Positions 50,900 to 51,745 of a stretch of 51,745 bases of DNA are shown in pieces (positions within the stretch are counted from its first letter, which is position 1; the number at the start of each line of letters is the position of its first letter). A program made the translations under genes and the position numbers. The notes beneath the pieces are model-generated. The model had not been told where the DNA came from, searched no databases, and saw nothing but the letters and a program-made list of their open reading frames with translations. The stretch covers positions 75,600,638 to 75,652,382 of the forward strand of contig NC_057711.1 in the NCBI RefSeq assembly GCF_004010195.1, given 5' to 3'. Source of the DNA: Chiloscyllium plagiosum. Lineage: Eukaryota.

Positions 50900-51340
50900 A
50901 AAATGTGACAGATAGACTTTCATGTCGGAAACTGTGAAGTTATTCAGTCTGATAAGAATAGAGAAGCTAATTATATAAACGGAGAGAGTGCAGAATGCTG
51001 TAATTCAGAAAGATTCGTGCATCTTGTACATGAATGACAGAAAGTGAGCATGGAAGAAAACCCAATAATAATAGAATACAGTGTGAAATTTTGTCCTCCT
51101 GAAGGAGGGCTAGATTTTCATTAGAAGGAGTTTAGTAAAGGTTCACTAGATCAATTGATGAGATGAAGAGGTTGTCATTTGAGGAAAGGAGTGGAGTTTG
51201 GGCTTACATTCAATAGAATGAAGAAAAATAAGAGGCAACCTTATTGAAATATATAAGATTCTGAGGGGCTTGTAGATTCAGAGAGGCTGTTGCAGCTTCT
51301 GAGGGAATATAGAATGAGCAGACATTGTTTCAGAATAATG
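50900..51340 (+). mobile_element. Old CR1 RT C-terminal fragment
   Basis: KCD.WQ..F..GNCEV.., RRFTR, RGNLIEIYKILRGL remnants. Confidence 0.6.
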
Positions 51341-51351
51341 CACATTCATTA

Positions 51352-51745
51352 GCAGAGAGCGGCGCGAGCTGGGCGGAAGTGAGGTTGGAGCGCAGAGCTG
51401 GTCGGGAAGGTAAGTGACTGATATTTGAGTGGGTATGTTCTAGACCCCAGGCGCTACATAGTAGGGCCTCCCTCCCATCCTCCTCCTCTAACCTAATTTT
51501 AAAGTCCACAGGTAAGCTACTCAGTGTTCCTGTTTTCAGAGACGAGGTGTAGAGTAATGGCAGCGCAGGCAGTGGAATGTTCCTCCTGCAGGATGTTCGA
51601 GGTAGGGGTGACCACCGATACTCCTGCCGACTTCATCTGCAGGAAATGTAGTCAGATCCTGCTCCTCACAGAACGAGTTAGGGAACTGGAACTGCAGTTG
51701 GATGAACTGAGGATTATTCGAGAGGCTGAGAGGGTGATAGACAGA
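51352..51745 (+). mobile_element. 5' end of a young CR1 LINE: CpG-rich 5'UTR and start of ORF1
   Basis: ATG 51557 opens MAAQAVECSSCRMFEV...FICRKCSQILLLTERVRELELQLDELRIIRE (C2C2 zinc finger + leucine zipper), open to the window edge; CpGs intact; cggaagt (ETS-like) at ~51374. Confidence 0.82.

Noticed and set aside
1..51745. Prokaryotic systems (CRISPR, retron, group II intron) suggested by RT ORFs and palindromes
   Set aside because: The RTs are CR1/APE type in a spliceosomal-intron context, and there is no repeat-spacer array.

Overview
Eukaryotic (elasmobranch/shark-type, inferred from the HE1-like SINE and CR1 repeat landscape) genomic DNA. It contains the middle of a minus-strand channel-kinase gene, TRPM6. 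I could chain 14 exons (49058 down to 6804; 3102 nt) with consistent splice phases, covering pre-S1, S1-S6/pore, TRP box, coiled coil and the Ser/Thr-rich linker. The N-terminal exons lie to the right of the window and the alpha-kinase exons to the left. Introns are filled with retroelements: several CR1-type LINEs (one apparently full-length with zinc-finger/esterase ORF1 and APE-RT ORF2; the 5' end of a young one at the right edge), tRNA-derived SINEs, a TA-flanked Tc1/mariner-type MITE, two candidate solo LTRs and Penelope-like (PLE) derivatives. The most notable signal is a set of short, TSD-flanked, mostly palindromic retroposons from three sequence families. All share a minimal hammerhead-ribozyme core (CUGANGA + extra nt, stem II, GAAA, ACGU/AGCU, NUH). 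One forms a perfect 98-bp inverted repeat, and one is still attached to a PLE GIY-YIG C-terminal fragment. Other points are a GC-AG intron, a tandem GTGTGT donor, three-level LINE>MITE>SINE nesting, and an unexplained ~310-bp intronic duplication. Homology calls come from recalled protein/repeat motifs, not database searches.
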